From Callorhinchus milii (Eukaryota): a DNA stretch of 64,000 nt. The stretch lies in contig NW_024704743.1 in the NCBI RefSeq assembly GCF_018977255.1, forward strand, positions 41,046,001 to 41,110,000, given 5' to 3'. Of the stretch, positions 49,986 to 61,339 are shown piece after piece. The notes under the pieces are model-generated. The model made no database searches and was not told the origin of the DNA. It was given only the letters and a program-made list of their open reading frames with translations. Position numbers and translations under genes: made by a program. Positions within the stretch are counted from its first letter, which is position 1; every line of letters starts with the position of its first letter.

Positions 49986-51919
49986 TTATTTGGTTAAACT
50001 TTATTGGATGTCTAACTGCTGGCAGATGAAGCTTTTCCCATTTTGGGGCAGCATAGGTACTTTGGTTGAACCTACTCACAAATTCCACTCTCAAACAACT
50101 TTACATTCAATCTCTTCTGAACATCTTCTCCAATTAAGGCCGTATAGGCTTTCGTAGGCCATATGTGGCTTGGTGCAGCAGAGGCACAGTGATGTTTGAG
50201 TGTGCCTGGATTTGCAAGTGTGTAAAAAATATTGTAATGCCCATACAGGCTAAGGAATTGGGCGGAAATATGAGAGGATGGGGTCTAGAATGCAACATTC
50301 AGAATCAAGTTATCCAACTAGTGAGAGATCAAAAATGCTCTTGTTGGATGTCAAATAGCTAGCTAGTCATTATCATTAAGGAGCGGGTGGGGGAGGGGGG
50401 AGCAAATGGGCTGCTTGTCAATCAAATGTTGGAATCAAATCAACTCTCTGTGGTGGTCTCTGTACTCCACTTCTTTTTCAGGCTGATCCACAGCTTTTCA
50501 AGGTACCGCTAATGACAAATCAGGCAGCCTGGATCATCAGCAGCACTTGAATGATTTTTTCCATGTGATTTGTGAAGGTGTGTACAGCACCACAGCAGCC
50601 AGGGAAAGACACTTTGTTATACCCTTCCAGAGACATTCAGACAAATTTACGATGCTTTTTTCAAGTGACCAAAGCGCTGCTGTCACTGAAAGCAGAGATT
50701 CTTTCCACTTGACTGCTGAAAGAAACCCTGTAAACTAAAGCCTTCGCCACAGAGGGATATTTATCAGACTAGCTTGCAATGGCAAACTACTATGGTGTTG
50801 GTTTGTCACACACCAGCAGTACCTAAGTGCACACTGTGGGGTCTCCAAACCTTGGCTGCTGCCAACCTGCACCTGATATGTCTGGAAATAGAGAACCAGG
50901 TGTAGCTTTCCAGGGAGAGAGAATGTATTCCAATTCAGATAGGGGCAAATTTCCATTTGTAGGCGATGTGCACGTGTGAAGCTCTCAGTTGTGTTTGGAT
51001 ACTCTTATGGTTTATGCAGATATCCAGCTAATCCAAAAATAAAACTGTGCTCTAGCTCAATGAGGTTAGTCTTCAAGCTGCGCAAAACGCTAAAAAATGG
51101 CATAAAAATTTCATGGAAAGAAGCGTAGAATCTCAAATACCGCCAGAGAATGTTTAGTGGCCAGTGATTTATTTTTCAAAACTTGCTGAAATGTTCGTTT
51201 GTTTTCTCTCCTGAAAGTGAAACACTGAAGTTTGCAATTAGCAAGTTGCAATAAGCACAGCAAGTTTTGTTTGGTAATGCTACATTTTAGAAAGTGATAT
51301 ATTTATCTCTTTTTACAAAAATGCAGTCTTTTATCAGCGACTTATTCTCTGTACTTCAACTGTACTTCAATTGTGTTAAAGCCTGCTCCCTTTTATTCCT
51401 AAAGAATAATCTTTTTATTACCTGAAACTGAACTGAAGTAAATTCAAATGACTTGAAAAGGCCTCAACTGCCCCTTTCCCTTGACATTTTCATGTGGCAG
51501 CAGTGTGCACCAAAACCTTGTCATTTTCTCACAAGTAGAAATCTTATTTGAGCTGAAGAGATTTCCCAACACTGGAAAAAATGCTCAAAATAATTGCAGA
51601 AGTCCTGCCACCAGCACCTCATAGCTGCAAATCTTCTCTTTCCCAGCAAAATACACCTTAATTAAACCATTAAGACTCAAAGTCCCACTCATTTACATGT
51701 ATTCTTATATCAAAACTCCACATATTTCTATAGTCATAGTTAAGACATGGATATTAATCATTTACACATTTTAACAAGTAAAACAACATTTATCTTTAAT
51801 ACGTCTACCGCAATCAAAACATTTCTGAATGTTATACAGTACACATGAACCATTCTGCAACCATATCATGACAACACGTGCTCCATTTTAACCTAAGTAT
51901 GTTTCCAGCCCAATGAGGA

Positions 51920-53160
51920 AGGAAGATCTAGTTCAGGGGAATGAAGTGGGGCAAGTGGAGCAGATTTCATTAGGGAGCATCTGGATAACAGTGATCACAA
52001 CAACATTAGGTTTAAAGTATTTATGGAAAGGGACAAGGAGCAATCAAAGGTGAAGATACTCAACTGGAAGAGGGCTAATTTCAGTGAGCTAAAAAGGGAC
52101 CTAGCCAAGGTGGACTGGAAAGAAATATTGGCAGGTAAAACAACTAACGACCAATGGGAAGCCTTCAAGGAGGAGATAGTTCAGAGACACAGCAAATGCA
52201 TTCCCACAAAGGAGAAAGGTAGGGCATCCAAACCTCCCTGGATGAGTAACAAAATTGGGATTAAAATAAAACAGAAAAAGGAGGCTTATGATAAATGTCA
52301 GGTCCAAAATAGAGAAGATAATCAAATAGAATTTATAAAATACAGAGGAGAACTGAGAAAGGAAATAAGAGGGGAAAAAGATTGTATGAGAAAAGATTAG
52401 TGTGTAACATAAAAGGAAACCCTAAGATATTTTAAAGGCATATAAAGAATAAAAGGTTAGTCAAAGGTAGGGTGGGTCCAATTAGGGACCAAAGAGGAAA
52501 TCTTGTGGAGGCTGAGGGCATGGCTTATGGACTGAATAAGTACTTTACACCTGTCTTCACAATAGAAGAGGATGCAGATAATGCCACAGTATTGGAGAAG
52601 AGGGTAGAGAAATTGGATAAGATAAGAATAAACTGAGAGGAGGTACTAAAAAGGTTGTCGGTGCTCAAGGTAGATAAGTCACCTGGTCCGGACGGGATGC
52701 ATCCTAGATTACTGAGCGAAGTAAGGGTGGAAATAACGGAGGATCTGGCCACAATCTTTCAATCCTCCTTGGAAATCGTGGTGGTGCCAGAGAACTGGAG
52801 GATGGCAAGTGTTACTCCACTGTACAAAAAGGGGCAGAAGGATAAATCCGGGAACTACAGGCCCAAGGGCACTGATTTAAAATAGTTGTTAAAAGAAACA
52901 GAGGGGAGGTGAGGAGAAATTTGTTTACCCAGCAAGTTGTTCGGATCTGGAATGCATTGCCTGAAAGGGTGGTGGAAGCCAATTTGATTACAGCTTACTA
53001 CAGAAGTAGATAATTATTTGGGAGGACAAGTTTGCAGTGCTATGGGGAGAGGGTGGGGGAGTGAGATTAAATTTGATAGCTCTTTTCAAAGAGCCAGCAT
53101 AGACACAATGGTTCGAATGGCCTCCTTCTGTGCTGTATAATTCTATGATTTTATGATGAT
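51920..53160 (+). mobile_element. CR1 LINE with its RT core deleted
   Basis: DHN end of the endonuclease, LNWKRANF, KSPGPDGMHPRLL..GNYRP, then a direct jump at ~52863 to the CR1 3' end. Confidence 0.9.
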
Positions 53161-53194
53161 TCTAATGGTACTTTCAGGTGTCAACCTGAGTTGG

Positions 53195-53570
53195 TGTTTA
53201 GCCTCTGAGTCTGAAGGATTGTGAGTTCAAGCCCTATGTTGGGAATTTGAACTTACAGTCTAGGCTGACACTCCAGTGCAGTATTGTAGCTGTGCTACAT
53301 TGTTGGAGCCGCTGTCTTTTAGATGAGATGTTAACCTAAGCATACCTGGTCAGTGGAGATTAAAGATCCCATGGCACTATTGGAAAAAAGAAGAGACTTT
53401 GTTTTTGTATCCTAGCCAACAATTCCCCAAATAAAATTGGTCATTCACTTTATGATTGTTCATAGAACATTGCTCAAAGATGCTATTCTGTCCGAAGCAC
53501 TATACAAATGCAAGTTGTTGTTATAAATCCTGTGAAGCACTTTGAGACATCACAACAACATGATAAGGCA
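53195..53570 (+). mobile_element. Deu-domain SINE
   Basis: ctaggctgacactccagtgcagta..taaagatcccatggcactatt. Confidence 0.75.
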
Positions 53571-53571
53571 T

Positions 53572-53925
53572 AATAATAATCCTAGCATTTGATATAGAGC
53601 TTTAACACGTCTTTGAGAAATCTCAAAGTGCTTCACAGAATATAATGTAAAGAGAATTGACTGTATATTTTGTGGGGAAAATGCAGTAGCCAATTATGCA
53701 CAGCAGTATCCCACAAACAGTCGTGGATTGAAGTGACAAGTTTTTTTTCAAGGAATTATTACCCCCAGATCCGCTAATCAACTAACAACCGCATTCCTAC
53801 TTACTGCAAGATAAACAGAGGCTTGTGGAGCAAGGAAACTTGTCCAACATTTCACCCTGCCGGGAATCGAACCCAGGTCTCTCACTTGCAAGGCGAGTGC
53901 TCTAATCATTGAGCTACAGGACTCC
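53572..53925 (-). mobile_element. tRNA-derived SINE, long subfamily
   Basis: Complete reverse-complement copy. Confidence 0.9.
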
Positions 53926-54708
53926 ATAAGACTAAATGTGATGTGTATTATTATTAATTTGCAGGTAGCGAACATATACCAAATGCAAGAATTCATTATG
54001 TTAATTATTAATTACACAATGTGGATATTAAATATAAGACATTAAGTGTGTTTTGATATTGCCCTCAAAGAAATGAAAATAAGCAAAAATAGAACTGACG
54101 ATGAAAATAGAATGCAAGCAAGAAAATGAGAGCTAATGTAAAAAAATTGCAAAAAATAAAGTGAGAAACAAAAGAAGCAAAAGTATGGCAAAGCAAATGT
54201 GAAGAGCTTAAAGGATCAAACCAATGTTTTGGGCTAACAGAAGGCGAATAAATCATCAGCCTTAATGACAGGACAATTTGCACTTAGGTTAGGAGTAAGA
54301 AGGTTTAGGTGTATGCATCATAAATTTGATTAGTGTGGTAGCTAAAGTGGTTTAACATTCAAACATTTATGGCATAAAAGCCTCACAGCATAAATTATTA
54401 TGAATGTAAAAACATGCATAGAAAACAAGTTGGTACTTTGGGATTTTATGGTAAGTGAATTTTGATGTAAAATACTTGGACAATAAGCAGATTGTTTCAT
54501 CAAGTGCTAGTATAATACATGAATTTAGCATTCATAGAATTTGTTAAATCCGCTGTATAATCTTGACAAAAATGTTGCAAAACAAAAANTTTCAATGGCT
54601 GATGTCCAACAAAACAGTTTTCGGCTTTGCCATTCTTTAGAAATATAATCCACTGAAAACTATGAAAAGACAACAACTAAAACAAATTGCAGTTATATAG
54701 CACCTTTT

Positions 54709-55170
54709 AATAATAATAATAATAATAATAATAATAGCTATGTCAGGAGGACATCCCAAGTTACTGGACAGTGAAGGGGTTGCACCCGAGCTGGGGTTTG
54801 GAGTCAAGAGGAGTGGAGAGTAAGGAGTAAGGATGTGGGAAGATGACCAAAAGTACAAATGAAGAGGAAAGTCTTAAGAAAGGCATTGCAGGAGCCAAGG
54901 GAGGGGACATGCTCGGGATGGTATTCCAGAGGTTGGGGCAGAAAGGCTGAAGTCCTGACCGCCGATGGTGGAGAAGCCAGGGTGGGGTACATGAGCAGGC
55001 GAGTGGTCACCGAGCAGAGGGAGCAAATCGGTTGGTAAAAGTTAGTAGGTTGCGGAGGTGGGAGGAGCAAGACTGAACAGAGCTTTAAAAGTGAGGATGA
55101 GGATATCGAACCCAAACCTCTATGGGAAGGGTAGCTAGTAAAGCCAGACGAGGATGGGGGTGTTTGTATC
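54709..55170 (-). mobile_element. Older L2 3' fragment
   Basis: atgtcaggaggacatcccaag..ctggacag 3' UTR and ccgccgatggtgg motif in reverse. Confidence 0.8.
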
Positions 55171-55177
55171 ACAGATA

Positions 55178-56821
55178 TTACAACAACAACAACAAGATTT
55201 CATTTATAGAGCGCCTTTCACGTCGGGAGGACGTCCCGAGGCGCTGGACAGTTGGGTCAGGACCCGAGCAGGGGGGAAATGGGCAGGGTGAGGGGAGGGA
55301 AGGGAGGGAGCGAGGAGGGGGTAGAGAGTCGAGAGGGGAGCTGAAGGCACGGTCAAAGAGAAAGGTCTTGAGTCCGGCCTTGAAGGAGGAAAGGGAGGAA
55401 GCAAGGCGAAGGCACTGAGGGATGAAGTTCCAGAGCCTAGGGGCTGAGAGGCTGAAGGTCCGGCCACCGATGGTAGGGCGGTTAGAGCGGGGGATGTGGA
55501 GAAGACCGGAGCCAGAGGAACGGAGGGTACTAGCAGGTAAGTAGGGGGATAGTAGGTCGGAGAGGTAGGAGGGAGCAAGACCGTGAATGGCCTTGTAGGT
55601 GAGAATGAGGATCTTGAATACGATCCTCTGGGGGACGGGGAGCCAGTGGAGGCGAGCGAGGGTGGGAGTGATGTGGTCGCAAAGCCTGGTGCAGGACAGT
55701 ACACGAGCTGCAGAGTTCTGAATGACCTGCAGCTTGTGGAGGGAGGTGCCGGGAAGGCCGGCGAGAAGAGAGTTCCCATAGTCCAGCCTTGAGGTGATAA
55801 AGGCGTGGAGCAGAGTTTCAGCAGCGTGAGGGGTGAGGTAGTGCCGTAGTCTGGCGATGTTTCGGAGGTGATGGAAGGCGGTGCCAGTTGTGGCGCGGAT
55901 ATGAGGGAGAAAGGACAGCTCAGGGTCGAAGAGAACACCGAGGTTCCTGACTGACTTTGAGAGGTGGAGAGTGCACCCTTGGATGCTGATAGCGCCTGAG
56001 GTGCGGAGGCGCTGACGCGAGCCAATCAGAAGGGCCTCAATTTTGCGCACGTTGAGCTGAAGAAAGTTATCTCTCGTCCAGGACTCGATAACAGACAGGC
56101 AGGCTGTTAGGACATCGATGGTTGTGGAGTTGAGGGTAGAGGAGGAAAGGTAGAGTTGGGTGCCATCCGCATACATGTGGAAGTTAACCCCATGTCTGCA
56201 GATGATGTCACCAAGGGGGAGCATATAGAGGGTGAAGAGGAGGGGACCGAGGACAGAGCCCTGAGGGACACCACACGAGACAGTGCGGGGGCTGGAGGAA
56301 AAGCCGTTTGTGGAAACAAAATGAAGACGGTGGGAGAGGTAGGACCTAAGCCACTCAAGGACAGGGCCTGGAAGGTTGTGGTGGGAGAACAAGCGGTGGA
56401 GGAGGATAGCGTCGTCGACCGTATCAAATGCGTCCGATAGGTCAAGGAGGACGAGGAGGCAGAGGGAGCTCTGGTTGCAGATGATCAAGATGTCATTGGT
56501 GACCTTGACCAGTGCGGTTTCTGTGCTATGGACAGCACGGAAACCCGACTGAAGGGGTTCGAATAATGCATGGGTGGAGAGGAAAGAGCGCAGCTGGGAG
56601 GCGACAACTCTTTCAAGGACCATGGACAGGAAGGGGAGGTTGGAGATGGGCCGGTAGCTTGATAGCTGCGATGCATCAAGGGAGGGTTTTTTCAGAGTGG
56701 GAGTGATAGTGGCAGTTCTTAGGGGAATGGGAACAGAGCCAGAGGAGAGGGACAGGTTGATGATGCCTGTGAGAAGTGGGGCAAGGAGGTGGAGCTGAGA
56801 GATAAGGAGTGGAGTGGGCAT
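55178..56821 (-). CDS. L2 ORF2 reverse-transcriptase region (547 aa, no endonuclease, YADG in place of YADD)
   Basis: YRPISNLPFLS, QSGFRAVHSTETAL, LLDLSDAFD, GVPQGSVLGPLLF, FHMYADGTQLY. Confidence 0.9.
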   Translation of the reverse strand: MPTPLLISQLHLLAPLLTGIINLSLSSGSVPIPLRTATITPTLKKPSLDASQLSSYRPISNLPFLSMVLERVVASQLRSFLSTHALFEPLQSGFRAVHSTETALVKVTNDILIICNQSSLCLLVLLDLSDAFDTVDDAILLHRLFSHHNLPGPVLEWLRSYLSHRLHFVSTNGFSSSPRTVSCGVPQGSVLGPLLFTLYMLPLGDIICRHGVNFHMYADGTQLYLSSSTLNSTTIDVLTACLSVIESWTRDNFLQLNVRKIEALLIGSRQRLRTSGAISIQGCTLHLSKSVRNLGVLFDPELSFLPHIRATTGTAFHHLRNIARLRHYLTPHAAETLLHAFITSRLDYGNSLLAGLPGTSLHKLQVIQNSAARVLSCTRLCDHITPTLARLHWLPVPQRIVFKILILTYKAIHGLAPSYLSDLLSPYLPASTLRSSGSGLLHIPRSNRPTIGGRTFSLSAPRLWNFIPQCLRLASSLSSFKAGLKTFLFDRAFSSPLDSLPPPRSLPSLPSPCPFPPCSGPDPTVQRLGTSSRRERRSINEILLLLL

Positions 56822-56898
56822 GGGGTCAAGGGAGCAGGTGGTGGGTTTCAGGGACAGGATGAGTTTGGTAACAGGGGGTGGGGAAACGGGTTCGAAGA
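55178..56898 (-). mobile_element. Young 5'-truncated L2 LINE
   Basis: (CAA)n tail at 55179-55196, CpG-rich, uninterrupted reading frame. Confidence 0.96.
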
Positions 56899-56909
56899 TC
56901 TCCTTAGAT

Positions 56910-57410
56910 AGATCTTAATGTGGGAGATGATAAGAACTGCAGAGTTCTGAATAATCGGGGAGGGAGTTATCATAGTCAAGTCTGGACATAATGAAGGAAT
57001 GGATGAGAGGCTTAACAGCCTGACAGGAGAAAAAATGAGTGAGGTGGGAATTTTATGGAGGTAGGGAAGACAGAACTGTCATGGCACGGATATGAGGTTT
57101 AAAAGACAATTGAGTGTCAGACAAGACACCAAGTTTCTGTACTGGATTGATGAACTAAAGAAGATCCATGAATAGTGATGCTATTAGCATCTGAGATAAG
57201 GAGGCACTGACAGGAGCCAATCAGGAGGCTCTCGGTGTTGTCGACATTCAACTGGAGAAAATTGTCTCACATCCAGGACTTGATGTCTGACAGACACTCC
57301 GTCAGGACAGCAGTGGTCCTGGAGTTGATGGCGGAGGCACAGAGAAAGTTGAGTATGATCTGCATATATGTGGAGGTTAACCTCATGCCTGCGGATGATA
57401 TCCCAGAGCG
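56910..57410 (-). mobile_element. Degenerate L2 fragment
   Basis: DIIRRHEVNLHIYADHTQL. Confidence 0.82.
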
Positions 57411-57420
57411 TGAGCTGTGC

Positions 57421-58754
57421 TTTTGGGCTCCGTCTCATCTTGTTTGCTATTTTGCTCTGTTAAATTTTATGAACCTGTGCAGGCAGCGAATATGATTCTG
57501 ATGATTGGCTAGCTCCTCTGACTGATCCCAAGTGTAACCTCACTGGTCACTGCATCATCAAACAGATAAGACTTTCTGTTTCAATTATGTTCGATTCCTC
57601 ATATCTGGTCATTATTCTTGACTTTAATTGATTTGCAATGTTATCTTCATTTATAGACACACCAGCAATGGACTGGTAAAAGTGTGATCATAATAGTAAT
57701 TAGGGGATCTAAAAGAGACTTTAGAAGAAATTATTGCACACAGTGGGTAGTGAGATTGTGGCTGTCCGCAGCGGTAGTTCAAACAGATAGCATAGATGCA
57801 TTTAAGAGTAGGCTAGATAACAAGAACAATTTGCATTTTGTAGTGCCCTTCACACAGCGTAATGCTTCAGAGTACTTAAACTATACTAAGGGAGAGGAAA
57901 TAAAGGATATGGGTGGGAATAATGAGTGGGTGTTCTTCTAATGTCTCTTATAGATCCCTTAGTCACTATCATGATCTTATCATGATTGAACATGACCATA
58001 GAATAGAATGTGTGCAACAAACTATGTTTTATTTGTAGATGTTCACTCAATGTAAAAAATGCTAAATCAAATGGAAGGATTTTTTTTATTTTTATGTATG
58101 TTCAACGAAGGTCTCAATGGGAGCTTTGCACATTTTTGACTTTCCCCAGTAAACAACCCCAGTTTGTATCCATAGGAATAGTTACAATTCATGAATTTAG
58201 CACTTGTGGGGATCAAATCGACATTATACAATCTCATACCAGGATTTGTAGCATTGATATGGACATTGAGCAAGAGTTGAAAGAACTGATATATTCTGGA
58301 AAAATGTCTTGAATTACAAACATGAATGTTTCAGATGTATGTTAAATTGTTGAATTGTTGAATTAACGAACTTAGTGGGGGTGTAGTACTTTACTATTTC
58401 AAACACTAACAGTTATTAAATGCATGACAACAAAGCCACAGCAATTCATGCATCAGATGATGGGATTGAAACCAGTGTTACTTGCCTTTTGATATATAGG
58501 CCCAGATATCAGATTGATTGAGTTTCAGTACTAGGTATAGTAGTACATCATGCTATCTAAGGAGATAATATAACAAATAATGGCAGTCGGAGAAATATAA
58601 AGTCCTATTTGTTTGATGATGCAATGACCAGTGAGGATACACTTGGGATCAGTCAGAGGAGCTAGCCAATCATCAGAATCATATTCTCTGCCTGCACAGG
58701 TTCATAAAATGCAACAGAGCATAATAGCAAACAAGATGAGAAAGAGCCCCAAAA
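57421..58754. repeat. ~155-bp inverted repeat (57421-57575 / 58599-58754)
   Basis: tgattctgatgattggctagctcctctgactgatcccaagtg versus cacttgggatcagtcagaggagctagccaatcatcagaatca. Confidence 0.95.
58240..58295 (-). CDS. Candidate 56-nt coding exon
   Basis: Acceptor catttttccag, donor CTG|gtatga; one frame reads IYQFFQLLLNVHINATNP and ends in phase 1. Confidence 0.3.
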
Positions 58755-61026
58755 CATTGCAATAAAATCATTCTAGAGTGGTGTCCTGGACTCTAACTGC
58801 AGAGAGCTAAAGCTATGTAAAGGCACAAGGACTCTCCAGAATTTTTTTTTCGTGAAATTTAGCTTTACTCCAATTTAATCCAATATCTCATAAAAGGCTT
58901 AGAGTAAACATTATTTCATATGAAATTAAGGTTTATGTGACCACATGGACGGAGCAATATTTGGAGGATGGAAAGCAAAAGATAGGGATGAAAAGTTGTT
59001 CGTGGAATTGAAAGTTGTAATGAATGATAGCAGTCCATAGAGGATTGGATCGAGGCTGTTCTTCCAAACAAACATAACTTGACTTCATGAAGTGCAGAAA
59101 GAGGCCATTTGGCCCATCAAGTCTTTGCAGGTGTTTTCCTTTACACAATCCATCTAACCTAATCCTACTCTCTTGTTTGCTCCCCGTATTCTTCAAGGTT
59201 CTTTATCAGAAATCAATCAAATTCTCTCATAAAACAATTTATGTACCTTGTTTTGACTATGCTTGTGTCAGAGAATTTCACATTCCAACCTGGCTAACAA
59301 TTCCCCAGATAAAATTAATCATTCACTCGGCTGTTCGTGAGACATTGCTGTGCACAAATTGGCTACCAGATTTCCCTACAAAATACACAATGAAACTCTC
59401 TGCGATGCTTTCTCTATGTGAGAAGGTATTATATTAAATAAAAGGATTAGTAATATTTGACCTGGCAGCAGGCTTTGAGTGAACAATATTGAAATTCGGT
59501 GATGAAACAACATTGATGGGGGCAGGTGAGCATGACAAATTATGACGAGGGCAGGAAAAGACTACAGGATAAATAGATGGGCTAACTTTTCAGCTGGATT
59601 TGAATGCAACCATTATTCACAAGTTAGAAGGATGTTTCAAAATACTATTTAATCCCATTCCTATGCTCCTGGGCAAGCAGCAAATTGTGTCCAGGAGAAG
59701 TGTCATATTGGCAAAATTGGTAGCAGTCTCGCTTCTGGGTCAGAAAGTGATGGATTCAGGCTTGAATGGGACCTGAGTTTATAGTCTAGGCTGACACGTT
59801 AACGAGAGAGTAATACATTATAGGAGGTGTTGCCTTTCAGATATTAGAGTCCTGTTTGCATATTCAGGAGGACATAAAAGATTACATGATCCTATTTTTC
59901 CCAGTGTTCTGGCCAAGAATTCTCCAGACTAAGCTATCATTCACCTGATGGCAGTTTGATGATGTACATTGCTGCCACATTTCTTTCAAGAAAACAGTTA
60001 CTACACATTATAGTAATTGCTTCAGAAGGACGTGCTATTTCAGGTGCAACAGAATACAATTTCTTCCTAAAATATGAAAAAGCAGTTACTCAAATATGAA
60101 TATGAAATGATGGTCAGTGTACATCTATTTTATTTGCAGGGAAAATAAACTGTTTTCAGTGACGCAGAGGATAGCAATAGACACAGAGCTACGTTTTGTA
60201 AAAGTCGGAAAAATACATTTGCACTGATATGTAGACATAGATGAGATATTTGTTGAAAGATCAACATTCTTCTTAATTCTTAACAGCCAGCAAACGGTTC
60301 CACGTGAATAGTCGTTTGCTTAACAGTAGAAGCCTTTAATTTAATTTCTCAAGTTAGCTGACGGGAGGTAAGTGAATCAGACAAATGAGAGCTGCAGGGC
60401 CCTATGGAACTGGGTAAAACTGTTTAATATGTTAACCACTTTCTGCACAAAGCAGTGAAATCAAAGTTGTCCATCCAATCTTTGTTTCTGAATTGTGAGA
60501 CCAAGATATCTTGTAGATCTCTTGTCAATATTGAACAAGGGAATGGAGTTATGTTTGACCATACCTTTGTATGATCATCCTTGCATTTCATAAAGCACTT
60601 TATCAAGTTGTTGAGGCATTTCAAAGTGCTTCACAGGATTTTACTGTGACGCGTAGTCATGGTATATTTGCAGGTGAACGTGACAGCCAATTTGCATACA
60701 GCCTTGACCCACAAATAGCCATGAAGTGCATGACCAATTTTATTTGGGGCCATTGTTGGCCAGAAAGCTATGAGCTGAAATAATGTGATAAGATCACCCA
60801 CCATTTATTTCTTCGTCAATGCGAACATTCCTATCTTCAGTAATCTTTTGTCATAGCTTAGATGTTTAATCATAAGTATTTATTTAATCACATTTTGTTG
60901 TACTTTTTCCAAAGCTAGGACATCAGAGAACCACAGAAACTTACAGCACAGTAAAAGGCTATTCAACCCATTGTGTCAACACCACGACAACAACAAATTA
61001 CCCCTTTGTGGCATATTTCATTGGAT

Positions 61027-61339
61027 TAATAATAATAATAATCCTTGCATTTGATATAGCGTTTTTCACGTTGGGAGGACGTCCCAAAGCGCTTCACAGA
61101 ACACACTGTAAAGACTGTATATTTGTGGGCGAACGCGGCAGCCAATTGCGCACAGCAATGTCCCACAAACAGTCGTGGATTGAAAATGACTAATTTAATT
61201 ATTGTTTTTTGGTTTTTGGAGGGATTATTATTAGGCGTGTGGAGTAAGGAAACTTGCCCAAGGTTTCGCCCTGCCTGGAATTGAACTCAGGTCTCTCACT
61301 TGCAAAGCGAGTGCTCTAACCCTTGAGCTACAGGACTCC
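61027..61339 (-). mobile_element. Young tRNA-derived SINE, short subfamily
   Basis: Very close to the reverse complement of 2973-3292; CpGs retained. Confidence 0.93.

Noticed and set aside
54589..54589. Single N base
   Set aside because: Assembly ambiguity, not biology.
55204..56025. 273-aa Ser/Pro-rich ORF
   Set aside because: Alternative frame of the C-rich L2 ORF2 strand.
58010..58312. 100-aa plus-strand ORF
   Set aside because: No recognisable homology and no convincing splice sites in that frame; the minus-strand exon reading is better supported.
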